Notes under the pieces: generated by a model
Databases searched by the model: none
Told to the model about the DNA's origin: nothing
The model's input: only the letters and a program-made list of their open reading frames with translations
DNA from: Octopus bimaculoides
Taxonomy: Eukaryota
Direction of reading: 5' to 3'
NCBI RefSeq assembly: GCF_001194135.2
Contig: NC_068993.1
Location: forward strand, 13,132,326-13,166,151
Length of the DNA stretch: 33,826 nucleotides
Shown here: positions 23,641 through 33,826 of the stretch, piece by piece
Numbering within the stretch: position 1 is the stretch's first letter
Layout: each line of letters opens with the position of its first letter
Made by a program: the position numbers and the translations under genes

Positions 23641-23780
23641 TATGTATATATATGTATGTATGTATATATATGTATATATATGTATGTATGTATATATATG
23701 TATATATATGTATGTATGTATATATATGTATATATATGTATGTATGTATATATATGTATATATATGTATGTATGTATATA
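23641..23780. repeat. 28-bp minisatellite, five perfect copies (TATGTATATATATGTATGTATGTATATA)
   Basis: The unit was read out five times consecutively; more copies may be in the gap at 23426-23638. Confidence 0.9.
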
Positions 23781-23825
23781 TATATGTATATATATATATA
23801 TATATATGTATGTATATGGATTCAG

Positions 23826-23888
23826 AGAAGGGGGAATAGTGAAGAAGTTCGTTGCAAATTGACCAGTAATGTGAGTGGACAGCAGACG
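23826..23888 (+). CDS. Candidate symmetric (phase 0-0) 63-nt exon
   Basis: Donor ACG|GTAAGT at 23889; TTCAG acceptor at 23825 with a poor pyrimidine tract. Reads [21 protein letters not shown]. Confidence 0.2.
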
Positions 23889-24543
23889 GTAAGTGTGTGT
23901 GTACGTGGGAGGTCTGTATGCTTGTGTGTGTGTGTCTCTATGTACATGTTTGTATTTATGCGTAGTGTTTTGGAAAAAGAAAACAAAAGCAACAAAAAAA
24001 AAACGGAACAAAACTAGTGTTGTCTCTTGACACTGAGTACCAGGATGAAGTATGTTGGAGAATCAGATCCGATTGGCAAAAAACTCAGAAAACGATACCC
24101 ACAATTGGCTGCGGTCCAATTACTGAAGACAATAAAAGAATAAATGGATACCCACTCACGTGCACACATACTTATTTGCACACACGCACACACACACACA
24201 TACACACACACACCAAAATACTTATATGCACAAGCACACATAACTATATATATGCGTATACACTAACTACAAATAGAAAAAAAGAAAATCTTAAATATGG
24301 TTCCATATTTAGTTCATATATGTTCGTGTATATCTGTGTGTGTACGTGCGTATATATGTACACATATGCACACGTTGATGTGTTATTAATTTCCGTGATG
24401 ATGAAGATGATGGTGGTGGTGGTGGTGGTGGTGGTGGATGTGGTGGCGGTGGTGGTAGTGTGACGATGACAAGGATGGTGTTATGTTGGTGATTATGATT
24501 ATGGTGAAATTCAAGATGCTACACAAGGTCTTTTGTTCTTCAG

Positions 24544-24612
24544 AAAGCTGTTGGCATGCTCAACATGACGTCCGAACCAAACTACCAGCACATGTCTGCT
24601 ATTTCTTCATAA
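24544..24612 (+). CDS. Candidate terminal exon
   Basis: Strong acceptor GGTCTTTTGTTCTTCAG. Phase 0 reads KAVGMLNMTSEPNYQHMSAISS*, in frame with 23826-23888. Confidence 0.17.
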   Translation, partial: KAVGMLNMTSEPNYQHMSAISS

Positions 24613-25145
24613 CGAGTTAAAAACGACATACATACATACATACATACACACATACATACATACGTACCCACACGCAAACATACAGACACACAGGCGGACA
24701 GATCGGTGGAGAGACAGCCAAACTTTTGCTGTATATGCGTGTGCGTGTGTGTGGAGTATGTATGTTATGTGAGTATGTATGTGTGAATGTGCACACTCAC
24801 ACACACACACGCACTCACACACACACACGCACTCACACACACACACGCACTCACACGCATATAGATAGATAGATATATACAGATATCTACACACATATCC
24901 CTGCATATATATACATATGTTCATGCATATGTGTATATGTGTGTAAATATGCATATCCACTTTAAATCTATATCTGTGTATGTGTGTACGTATTCATGAA
25001 TATATGAATATACACATGCTTATATACTAGTATGTTACGTGTATATGTACGCTTGTTTGAAAACATACACCCACACATACATACATACATACATTCATAC
25101 ATTTGTATGTGTGTGTATATATATTTGATGTTTTAATTTTTCATT

Positions 25146-25186
25146 TAACCTAGTCTCAGCTCATGAACTGTGGCCATGCTGGGGCA
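25146..25186 (-). mobile_element. SINE family A terminal fragment
   Basis: ctcagctcatgaactgtggccatgctggggcac matches 704-735. Confidence 0.55.
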
Positions 25187-25863
25187 CACACACATACATA
25201 CACGCGCGCGTGCCGGCACATTCACAGAGAGAGAGAGACGGGCAGACAGCAGAGATAGAAATATAGACTCATATATGCATAAACATATAGGTAAATTTGT
25301 AGAGGATAAGATACAAAATTTCGAGAAATAGTAACAAAAAGAAGAGAGCGTAGTCATAGAGGGGTTGACAGCGAGTAAGCGAGAAGCGAGAGTAACATCA
25401 GGAGAGAGCGAAGCGGGAGTAGAAGAAATGGAAGATCTATACGGCAGGGGGCTAGAATTGAAAGTTTTCGGGGGTATTTGCATGTGCGTGCTGTAATTAC
25501 TGCGGAATTCCATATGGCCATGTCGAATTTGTGAGTACACCATTGTGGTTTGGATAGGGTTTTGGGTCCATGTGGGGGATGATATTCACATGGTGATTCA
25601 TTGATCAATTATGTATCTATCTTTGCATGTGTTTGTGTGTCTGCGCGTGCGTCGAGACGATAGCATGTGTGTGCGCGCGCCTGCGTGTATTGTGTATAAT
25701 AGATCACAATGAGAGGGAAAGTGAGAGAGAGAGAGAAGCAGAGATGGAGGGAGGAAGAGAGTGAGACGGAGGTAGAGAGAAAGACAGCAGAACGAAGGAT
25801 TGTAAGCCAGAAGCAATGGAGGACAGCGTGACATAGAAGGGTAGAAAGAAATATGGATAAGCG

Positions 25864-25922
<59 letters not shown>

Positions 25923-26044
25923 AATTCAGATATGTCATGTTCCAGAATGAACGTTTACCTGACAGTAAATATACGTACACACACGCTCACGAACGCACAT
26001 ATAGTTTTATGACATACAAATAGACTTGTGTGTGTGTGTGTGTG

Positions 26045-26083
<39 letters not shown>

Positions 26084-26182
26084 GTATCTGTGAGTGATCG
26101 AAGGAAAGAAAGTAGCACGCACCACAGTGAACTGCAGATTTACTCAGCTCCACATTACTTAAAATTTCGGACACACACACAC

Positions 26183-26215
<33 letters not shown>

Positions 26216-26387
26216 CGGAGAGAGAGGAAGAGGGATAGAGAGGAAGAGTGATAGATAGATAGATAGATAGATAGAGAGAAAGAGGGATAGATAGATAGAT
26301 AGATAGAGAGAAAGAGGGATAGATAGATAGATAGATGGATAGAGAGAAAGAGGGATAGATAGATAGATAGATAGATAGAGGAAGAGG

Positions 26388-26425
<38 letters not shown>

Positions 26426-26549
26426 GAGGAAGAGGGATAGATAGATACATAGATACATAGATAGATAGATAGAGAGGAAGAGGGATAGATAGATACATAG
26501 ATAGATAAATAGATAGAGAAGAAGAGGGAGAGGGATAGATAGATAGATG
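26183..26549. repeat. Higher-order (GATA)n array punctuated by GAGAGGAAGAGG/GAGAGAAAGAGG spacers
   Basis: About nine spacer-delimited units; the + strand is strongly purine-rich and almost C-free. Confidence 0.95.
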
Positions 26550-27901
26550 AACGATAGGCGAAAAAACAAAGGACAGAATCACAGAAACTATCTATAGAAT
26601 TATGGACGAAAGGGATATAATGTACAGAGAATGAAACATATACGACAAGTATGAGAGACGTGGGGTGAGAGGAGTGAGAGCGAGAGTTGAAAGGATTGCG
26701 GCGAAGTTTAAAGTGAGGCACAATAGCGTCCCACTTATAAACTCCCTGATGCACCAAAATGGGCATCAACAGATAACTAGAAACGCCCCATTGAATTCAA
26801 GAATTGGCACTCCATACATGTTCCCTAATTCCTTTGAGAACAGATGGCACGATCGCATCGTGACAGAATACACTCTGCTCCCAAATAAATAGAGAAAAGA
26901 AAAACAAGTAGTGAAATAAATACTTTAAAAAAATAAATAAATAAATATATAAATAAAATATGTAAATAGAGATACAAAAAAGAAATAATGATACACATAA
27001 TGAGATACTTCACTTTTCGTCATCAGCGGTATTTATTCTTCAGTTGGGTGGGAAAGTCTTTTATACATCTTCAGAGGCAATGAGTGTGAGTCAGGGGGTT
27101 GGTTCGTGCGGTGAAGTAGCTTTATAGTTTCTAGGGATTAAATTTCACGAAATCATAAAAGATTACAATATATTTGCACGGAAAATGATGTGTCCTTGTG
27201 ATATTTATCTATATATATGTATTCAGATGCGTTTAGTGCGCCTCTGTTTATGTATGAGTGCGACTGTGTTTGAAATTTATATGTATAGTAAATTCGTTCA
27301 TTTTTATTTAACTCGTTCGTTTACGTTCAAAGTACACACTTAAAAGAGCTCACGATACGGTAACTATCTCGCTCGGATGAGAAGTTTTCTTTATAAACCA
27401 TGTATGAGAACACATATCGAGCTGATCTATGACTGATGTTATCGACTTGTAGAACAGGTGTTTCTGGGTCGCTACGCTTCAACAGCTGAAGGTGTTAAAT
27501 TCATCGTTTGTAGCCCGCTAAGAATTGCCGTTTTACATGGAAACAGCAAGTATAAAATTTGCTGGAGTGTGCAAAGCTTTGTCAAGCTGGAATTAACAGC
27601 ACGCTAAGTAACGGCGATCAAAATAAAGACGCGGACGCGTTTATATTTAACATATTCATGATCGCTCAAATATAGAAAGACCTTCGCTACGATAATAGTA
27701 TCAGACGAGATACGTAAAATAATATCTTTGTTGTTCATCACATTTGTGACAGCAATATTAAGAATAGCTGTGATAACGGATTTTAGAAAATCGGGTAAAG
27801 TACTCACAAAGACAATTTTCCATCTATAAGGATGCATTGTAAAAGCCATTGATAAAGCTATTCTCTTGCGTTCAAGATTTTCTCAATTTCTAGAAATATA
27901 T

Positions 27902-28071
27902 GCGCAGGCGTGGCTCTAAGGTATGAAGCTTGAATGCAAACAACATGGTTCCGGAATTAGTCCCACTGCGTGGCACCTTGTGCAATTATCTTCTACTATA
28001 ACCTCAGGCCAACTAAACCCTTGTGAGTGGATTTGATAGACAGAAACTGAAAGAAGCATGTCATACATACG

Positions 28072-28109
<38 letters not shown>

Positions 28110-28305
28110 TTCCCCCACCAACGCTTGGCAACCGATGTTGGTGTATTTATGTCCACGTAGCCTAGCAGTTCAGCTAAAGAGATCGATAGAATAATTATCA
28201 GGCTTTAAAAAATAAGTACTGTAGTTTATCTGTTTCACGAAAATTCTTCAAAGCGATGCCCTAGCATGGCCGTAAATTAAAGACTGAAACAAGTAAAAGA
28301 TGAAG
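27902..28305 (+). mobile_element. SINE family A, full length, internal (GT)n
   Basis: GCGCAGGCGTGGCT head, CCTTGTGCAATTATCTTCTACTATAACCTCAGGCC core, (GT)n, and a tail ending GACTGAAACAAGTAAAAG. Inverse match to 698-1112 and 20351-20518. Confidence 0.9.
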
Positions 28306-28789
28306 GATATGTCACCTTACCTGACACTTCTATGTTTATAAAAAATGTTCTTGCCTACGCATTCTCGCACACACATACGCACAGACACAAACACGCGTAC
28401 ACGCACACACATATATATAATGTGTGTGATAGAGGTCTTACATGTAAGTGTTAGCGTAAATCTGACGAACGAGAAATCTGTTCCTGTAGTGGGCGCTTGA
28501 CCATTCATTTCAAGTAAAGTTCTTAGTAAACCTGACACATAAAACAAATATGTGACTTTTATTGTTCCTGAAACACAACAAGGCATACAGGTGCAAGCAT
28601 GATACAGTCCGAGCTTTTGTTGATTAGTCATATATTTATTAAATCATACGAAGTTAGATACGGTGCACTCGTTTTTCAAGATTGAAACCAACGATGTTTA
28701 ATAGGAACAATAGCGTCATCAGATACTTTTTAACCTGAACAATGTGCATGTGGACTGGCAATCGATTGAAGGTATTTTTATCTACACAC

Positions 28790-28807
28790 TGTCTCTCTCT
28801 ATCTCTA

Positions 28808-28839
<32 letters not shown>

Positions 28840-28876
28840 TCTCTTTCTCTCTCTCTCTTTCTCTCTCTCTCTTTCT

Positions 28877-28913
<37 letters not shown>
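28790..28913. repeat. (CT)n-rich polypyrimidine microsatellite
   Basis: Direct inspection. Confidence 0.97.
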
Positions 28914-28924
<11 letters not shown>

Positions 28925-29050
28925 TAAAAGCACGCACGCACATGTATATATGAGTGTATATGTGTATATATTCGAATTTTCATTTTGATTTTTTTCCGGT
29001 TAGATTTTACTACTAGTGATTTATAATTTAAGTATCACAGTACATACACG

Positions 29051-29112
<62 letters not shown>

Positions 29113-30085
29113 TTACGCATATACACATGATTTAGCACGTGGTACTATTAAACCGCACCCATAACCCTGAAAAGTGTGGTTTTTTCAACAGTATTAGAAA
29201 TGCCAGTAAAATTCTTCTAAAACCGCTCGAAACCAGTGAAGGATGTATTGGGTAATGTATTATCCTGGTTCCACTATGTCTGGGAAAATAATGGAATTGT
29301 CACGGGTGGAATGCCTTTGAACATAAACTCTGCTCTCGCAGGGACGACTCGAGGCCGAAGAAGAAAACATGACAAAAAAGCAATATTTTTATTTAAAACT
29401 TCCTCATTTTTTGCATATCTTATAATCGTTCTTAAATTATTGTGGTTTCTTTCTCTCTTATCAGTTTAGTTGTTTTCCTTTTCTGTACACTGTCATGTGT
29501 TCTTTCTTTCTTTTTTTCTCCCCATTTCAAAGACTTCTTCTTAAAACTGGGTGGTAGATTTAAATCTTGGCTCTTTGTAAGGCTTAATCCGTTGCCTGTT
29601 TCGAAGCCGCCATCATCATCATCACCATCACCACCACCACCACCACCACCACCACCATCACTGCACGCCACCAACTGGCCCTTCATTGCCTTTACTGATG
29701 GGTTCTAAGGTTTCTTTGTTGCAAACACTTAATCAATGTTTCTAATNNNNNNNNNNNNNNNNNNNNNNNNNNNNNNNNNNNNNNNNNNNNNNNNNNNNNN
29801 NNNNNNNNNNNNNNNNNNNNNNNNNNNNNNNNNNNNNNNNNNNNNNNNNNNNNNNNNNNNNNNNNNNNNNNNNNNNNNNNNNNNNNNNNNNNNNNNNNNN
29901 NNNNNNNNNNNNNNNNNNNNNNNNNNNNNNNNNNNNNNNNNNNNNNNNNNNNNNNNNNNNNNNNNNNNNNNNNNNNNNNNNNNNNNNNNNNNNNNNNNNN
30001 NNNNNNNNNNNNNNNNNNNNNNNNNNNNNNNNNNNNNNNNNNNNNNNNNNNNNNNNNNNNNNNNNNNNNNNNNNNNNNNNNNNNN

Positions 30086-30118
<33 letters not shown>

Positions 30119-30329
30119 ATGCGTGTGTAATCTACGAGGCGTGGCTGAGAGACTCAGTAAAAAAAAAGAGTGAGTCATGAAAATTATCCTTCAACCTTAG
30201 TCTGAGACATGTACCTTTTAAAAATGCTTTTAATTAAGACAAAAACTTTCAATTTTTTTTTCTATTTCGTATATCTTTCCTTTTCTGCTATTCTTTATTA
30301 TATAGTATTTCAGCGTCATTTCTTTATGT

Positions 30330-30520
30330 AAGGCGAGCTGTCAGAAACGTTAACACATCAGACAAAACTCATCGGGTTCTGAGCTCAAAATGCCATTGTG
30401 ATCAACTTAGCCATTCCTCCTGACTGGGTTGATAAAGTTAAGTACCAGTCAATTACTGGGGTCTATGCAAGTGACTTGCCTCTCTCCATTAGAATTATTG
30501 GCTTTGTGAGAAAATTAGAA
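30330..30520 (+). mobile_element. SINE family C, degenerate
   Basis: aaggcgagctgtcagaaacgttaaca...gataaagttaagtaccagtcaattactggggtc...ggctttgtgagaaaattagaa is an inverse match to the host element at 32195-32739. Confidence 0.75.
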
Positions 30521-31174
30521 TGAATCCTTCTTCATTCCTTTTCTTCCTGTCACCTATTTTCCTTCTAATTTTTTTCTTCTATCATTGCTTTATCATTGTT
30601 TTATTACATCGTTGTCATCGATCGGCCTTGTTTTCTTCGTTTCATCGATACATCTTGTTTTTCTTTTCATTCTTTTTTCAGCTTTCTTCATGTTAATTGT
30701 ATTTGCGTTACCTTCCCACTTCCTCTTCTGCATCATTTTCTCAATCCATGTCTTGCTTTTTTTTTTGTTTTCGTATCATTCATGCCAATTTATATTATTT
30801 TCTTCACTACCTTCCGATCCCAATCACCCTGACTTCTCTCCTTTCTTTTCAATGTGGTTGTAGTTAATTTGTTACTGCTATTAAAATCCAGGTAAGCCTT
30901 AATCGAACAAAGCTATGGATGAAAATTAGTCTCATTGTGACCTACTCATGTTTTTGCAAGGGCAACGAAACCACTACCATATTTTTCAATGTCACCATCT
31001 TCGCTAAAGATGCAGAATAAAATCAGAAAGAGATCTGCTTGCTAATTATCGTATGTGGAACAAATACTTAACCGTCCACGCATTGACATGTCGAGGTTTA
31101 CTCAGAACCTAGGACACGGGACATTCGCAGGCTTTACCCACGTATCACGCGAAATCGATGTGGTGTTCAAACTA

Positions 31175-31301
31175 CATGGTGTCCACAAAGTCTGGGTACA
31201 TGGGGATTAACATATACTTTAAGGAATTATTATTACTTATATTTAATTGTTTATGTTATGATTTTATTTACTCCATGTACCCAGATTTTGTGTACATCCT
31301 G
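31175..31301. mobile_element. 127-bp MITE, Tc1/mariner type
   Basis: 31-bp TIRs CATGGTGTCCACAAAGTCTGGGTACATGGGG versus CAGGATGTACACAAAATCTGGGTACATGGAG (reverse complement; 26/31 identical). TA dinucleotides flank both ends (31173-74, 31302-03), with an AT-rich 65-bp spacer. Confidence 0.85.
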
Positions 31302-31769
31302 TATTTTAAATTTGTCCAAGTTTAAAATTAGAATGCACAATAATTCTATGCACATTCCTCATAGTGAAAAAAAAATAACTAGAGAAATGAAGCATTTAAT
31401 TCTTGTTCAAAGAAAATATTCCGCAGTAATTCGACTACAGATAACTAATAAACAATGCACCACGTGTTCTTCATATCATTTAAATATATTTTTTATTGGC
31501 TCGTTTTCACTTATCATGTTCATTTCAACATCCAGTCCAAAGGATTGTTCTGTGATGTAGGGCCAGAATTCAATGTGACGATTTTTTTTTTTTTTTTTTT
31601 TTTTTTTTTGTTATTCATTTAGGTTTTGTTCAGCAAGATTTACATGGTGACCTCACCTATTCTGTGAATATTCATAATCAATAATTCTATTCGCAATGAA
31701 CTTGCCCATTCTGAAGCCGTTTCTACATTGATTTACATTATAACAAAGGTTCATTTATCATCGGTCTGT

Positions 31770-31861
31770 ATAATCGTCGACATCGTCGTTGTCATCATCT
31801 TCGTTAACAGAAGCAGCACCATCATAAACACCACGACACCCACCTCCACCACCATCACCAT

Positions 31862-31895
<34 letters not shown>

Positions 31896-31980
31896 CTAGC
31901 ACTAACACCGTTAACACTATCACTACTGCCAACATCGCCGCCGCCACCACCACCACCAGCATCACCAGCATCCTCTTCTT
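31770..31980. repeat. Compound (CAT/CAC)n trinucleotide tract
   Basis: Direct inspection. Confidence 0.9.
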
Positions 31981-32194
31981 GAAATAAAAAAAAAGAAAAC
32001 AAAGTGTTACTTCTGCGTTGGCACAAAGTTCTGTGATTTGTTGGACAAAGAGAAATCTAGTGGAAAAATATAAATAATTCAATAGATAAATATAATATAT
32101 TCACTGAATGACCCAAACTCCTGGCATTAAAATGTATTTATATATTGATAAGAACGTGTGACATTCATGCCGTTCCCATTGAGATTAATACAGA

Positions 32195-32739
32195 TTTCAA
32201 ATTTTGGCACAAGGCCGACTCGACCCTGAAAGGATGAAAGGCAAGGTGGACCTCAGCGGAATTTGAACTTAGAAAGTTGGTTGGCACTCCGTCGTTTACG
32301 ACGTCGAGGGTTCCAGTTGATCTGATGAACGGAACAGCCTGCTCGTGAAATTAACGTGCAAGTGACTGGGTACTCCACAGACACGTGTGCCCTTAACGTA
32401 GTTCTCGGGAAGATTCAGCGTGACACAGTGTGACAAGGCTGGCCCTTTGAAATATAGGTACAACAGAAACAGGAAGAAAGAGTGAGAGAAAGTTGTGGAG
32501 AAAGAGTACAGCAGGTTTCGCCACCATGCACTACCGGGGCCTTGTGGAACTTTAGGTGATTTCACTCAATAAACACTCACAGCGCCCGGTCTGGGAATCG
32601 AAAGCGCGATCCTACGACCGCGAGTCAACTGCTCTAATCACAGGGCCATTGCGCCTCCACGAACTTAGAAAGTAAAGATGGATGAAATGCCGCAATGCAT
32701 ATCGCCCCTCTTGGTAACGATTCTGTCAGCTCGCCGCCT
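32195..32739 (-). mobile_element. SINE family C host copy, interrupted by the family B insertion
   Basis: Removing 32278-32673 restores ...cggaatttgaacttagaaagtaaagatggatgaaatgccgc...ttctgtcagctcgccgcct. Confidence 0.85.
32278..32660 (-). mobile_element. tRNA-derived SINE family B, full length, with 13-bp target-site duplication
   Basis: Head GTGGAGGCGCAATGGCCCTGTGATTAGAGC...TTTCGATTCCCAGACCGGGCG. TSD GAACTTAGAAAGT at 32265-32277 and 32661-32673. Confidence 0.93.
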
Positions 32740-33134
32740 AAAGAAGAACCAGAATTGAACCGGGACTTTATTTGCTTGGAGACTAACATTACGAGTGAAA
32801 TGAACCATATTCAACTTAAAGCTGAGACAACGTGGCTACCATAATATAATACCGTATACATTTTATGCACGGGTGGACATTGAACTTGAGATGGTTACAC
32901 AAGAAAATTATACCATTATTACTGGTATCAACGTAGTTCATGGCAAAGATCTAGGATTAAGAAATCTGTATTGCAATGAATATGTGGGTTTGGGTTTGAT
33001 CACACCATCCTGTACGTACAGACGGTTTCCATCATGCCATCGAGTTGGCCGAAAGAGCCTGCGAGAGCAACTACGTGGCGGAACGCCGCAAATGTGTATA
33101 CGGAATATTAAAATAAAAACCTCTTTGAAAACAT

Positions 33135-33170
33135 AGTAGTAGTAGTAGTAATAGTAGTAGTAGTAGTAGT
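33135..33170. repeat. (TAG)n microsatellite
   Basis: Direct inspection. Confidence 0.95.
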
Positions 33171-33599
33171 AGAGCAAGGATAAGAGAGTGACAGGGATGT
33201 GACGTTTCCTTAAATACAAAAACAAAAAGAAAAAATAGAAAAAAAATAACAGCAGTATCATCGAATGAAGAAAGGACAAAAATGTGAGTCAGCATAGGTC
33301 TATTGTGAACACGTGCATTAATTAATATTCATTACTTGATTCAGCTTAATAAATTAATGAGTGATTAATATGTGGAGAATGCCCGTATGTCAGATTGGCT
33401 AAGCAACTACTCTTATTACTGTGGTTCAAATTGGTATGCTTCTTGTTAAGAGGGGACCCGACCCACCTCCGAAGTTTATTAAGTCTCTATAAAAGCGTTC
33501 GCTATCACAAGATAATAAGTTCAATCTCATGAATTATTCAACGCGCGCGCGCACACACACACACACACACATGTGTGCATGTGAGATCTTGAATGTGCG

Positions 33600-33716
33600 T
33601 TGCTCTGTGATTAAGAATCTGACCTCACAATAATAGTGTTGTGCGCAGGTTCGATTCCTGTGTCGGATGGTGTGTTGTATTGTTGAACAAAATACTTTAT
33701 TTCCAGTCTAGCCACG
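33600..33716 (+). mobile_element. Degenerate SINE family D head and central domain
   Basis: GGTTCGATTCCTG...GGTGTGTTGTATTGTTGAACAAAATACTTTATTTCCAG, as in 9348-9410. Confidence 0.6.
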
Positions 33717-33826
33717 TTTTCCTCTGTATCTTTCCCGTCTTGGATATTATGCTGGAACAAGTGTAGAATCCCCAAGAGAATGGCTTTGACTGCTACCTAG
33801 GCACCTAAGGTAATTAGTAAAATCAT

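Noticed and set aside
26183-26549. Repeat-spacer appearance suggesting a CRISPR-like array
   Set aside because: The spacers are near-identical purine runs rather than unique sequences, the context is eukaryotic, and there are no cas genes.
26007-26769. 191-204 aa minus-strand ORFs (SIYL/LSIY repeats)
   Set aside because: Translation of the (GATA)n array.
26665-26892. 75-aa ORF with protein-like composition
   Set aside because: No + strand acceptor (purine-rich upstream), non-ATG start, and no motif.
27604-27849. 81-aa minus-strand ORF
   Set aside because: AT-rich chance ORF without a recognisable domain or splice support.
28311-28335. Minus-strand CAG|GTAAGG as another recursive site
   Set aside because: No polypyrimidine tract upstream on that strand; at most an isolated donor-like motif.
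29442-29708. Poly-Pro/Ser ORF (formin- or WASP-like appearance)
   Set aside because: It derives from a (CAT)(CAC)n microsatellite; the flanks are not coding-like.
31053-31210. 55-codon open frame ending ...FKLHGVHKVWVHGD*
   Set aside because: The C-terminal part is the MITE left TIR, and there is no start codon or good acceptor.
32580-32660. tRNA-like sequence
   Set aside because: It is the head of a SINE (it continues into a body and tail with TSDs), not a tRNA gene.

Overview
AT-rich eukaryotic (animal) draft-assembly DNA, about 10.5% N (12 gaps totalling 3549 bp, most bordered by (AT)n, (GA)n or (CA)n). It is saturated with di-, tri- and tetranucleotide microsatellites and with tRNA-derived SINEs. 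The repeat content resembles an octopod cephalopod genome; this is recalled similarity, not a search result. The window looks intronic or intergenic. None of the supplied ORFs is a credible gene: they are microsatellite translations, N-runs or short chance ORFs. Supportable features: at least four SINE-like families (one intact copy nested in another with a 13-bp TSD), an element bordered by (AAT)n in two inverted copies, a 127-bp TA-flanked Tc1/mariner-type MITE, a degenerate tRNA-Glu(CTC)-like gene, and a few low-confidence + strand candidate exons. The most interesting signal is a recursive-splice-site/RS-exon architecture at 3984-4073 (branch point, polypyrimidine tract, TAG|GTAAGT, then 52 nt and GAG|GTATGG). 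It lies inside a putative 7-kb intron, where its inclusion would add a stop codon. No CRISPR, rRNA or prokaryote-type system is present.
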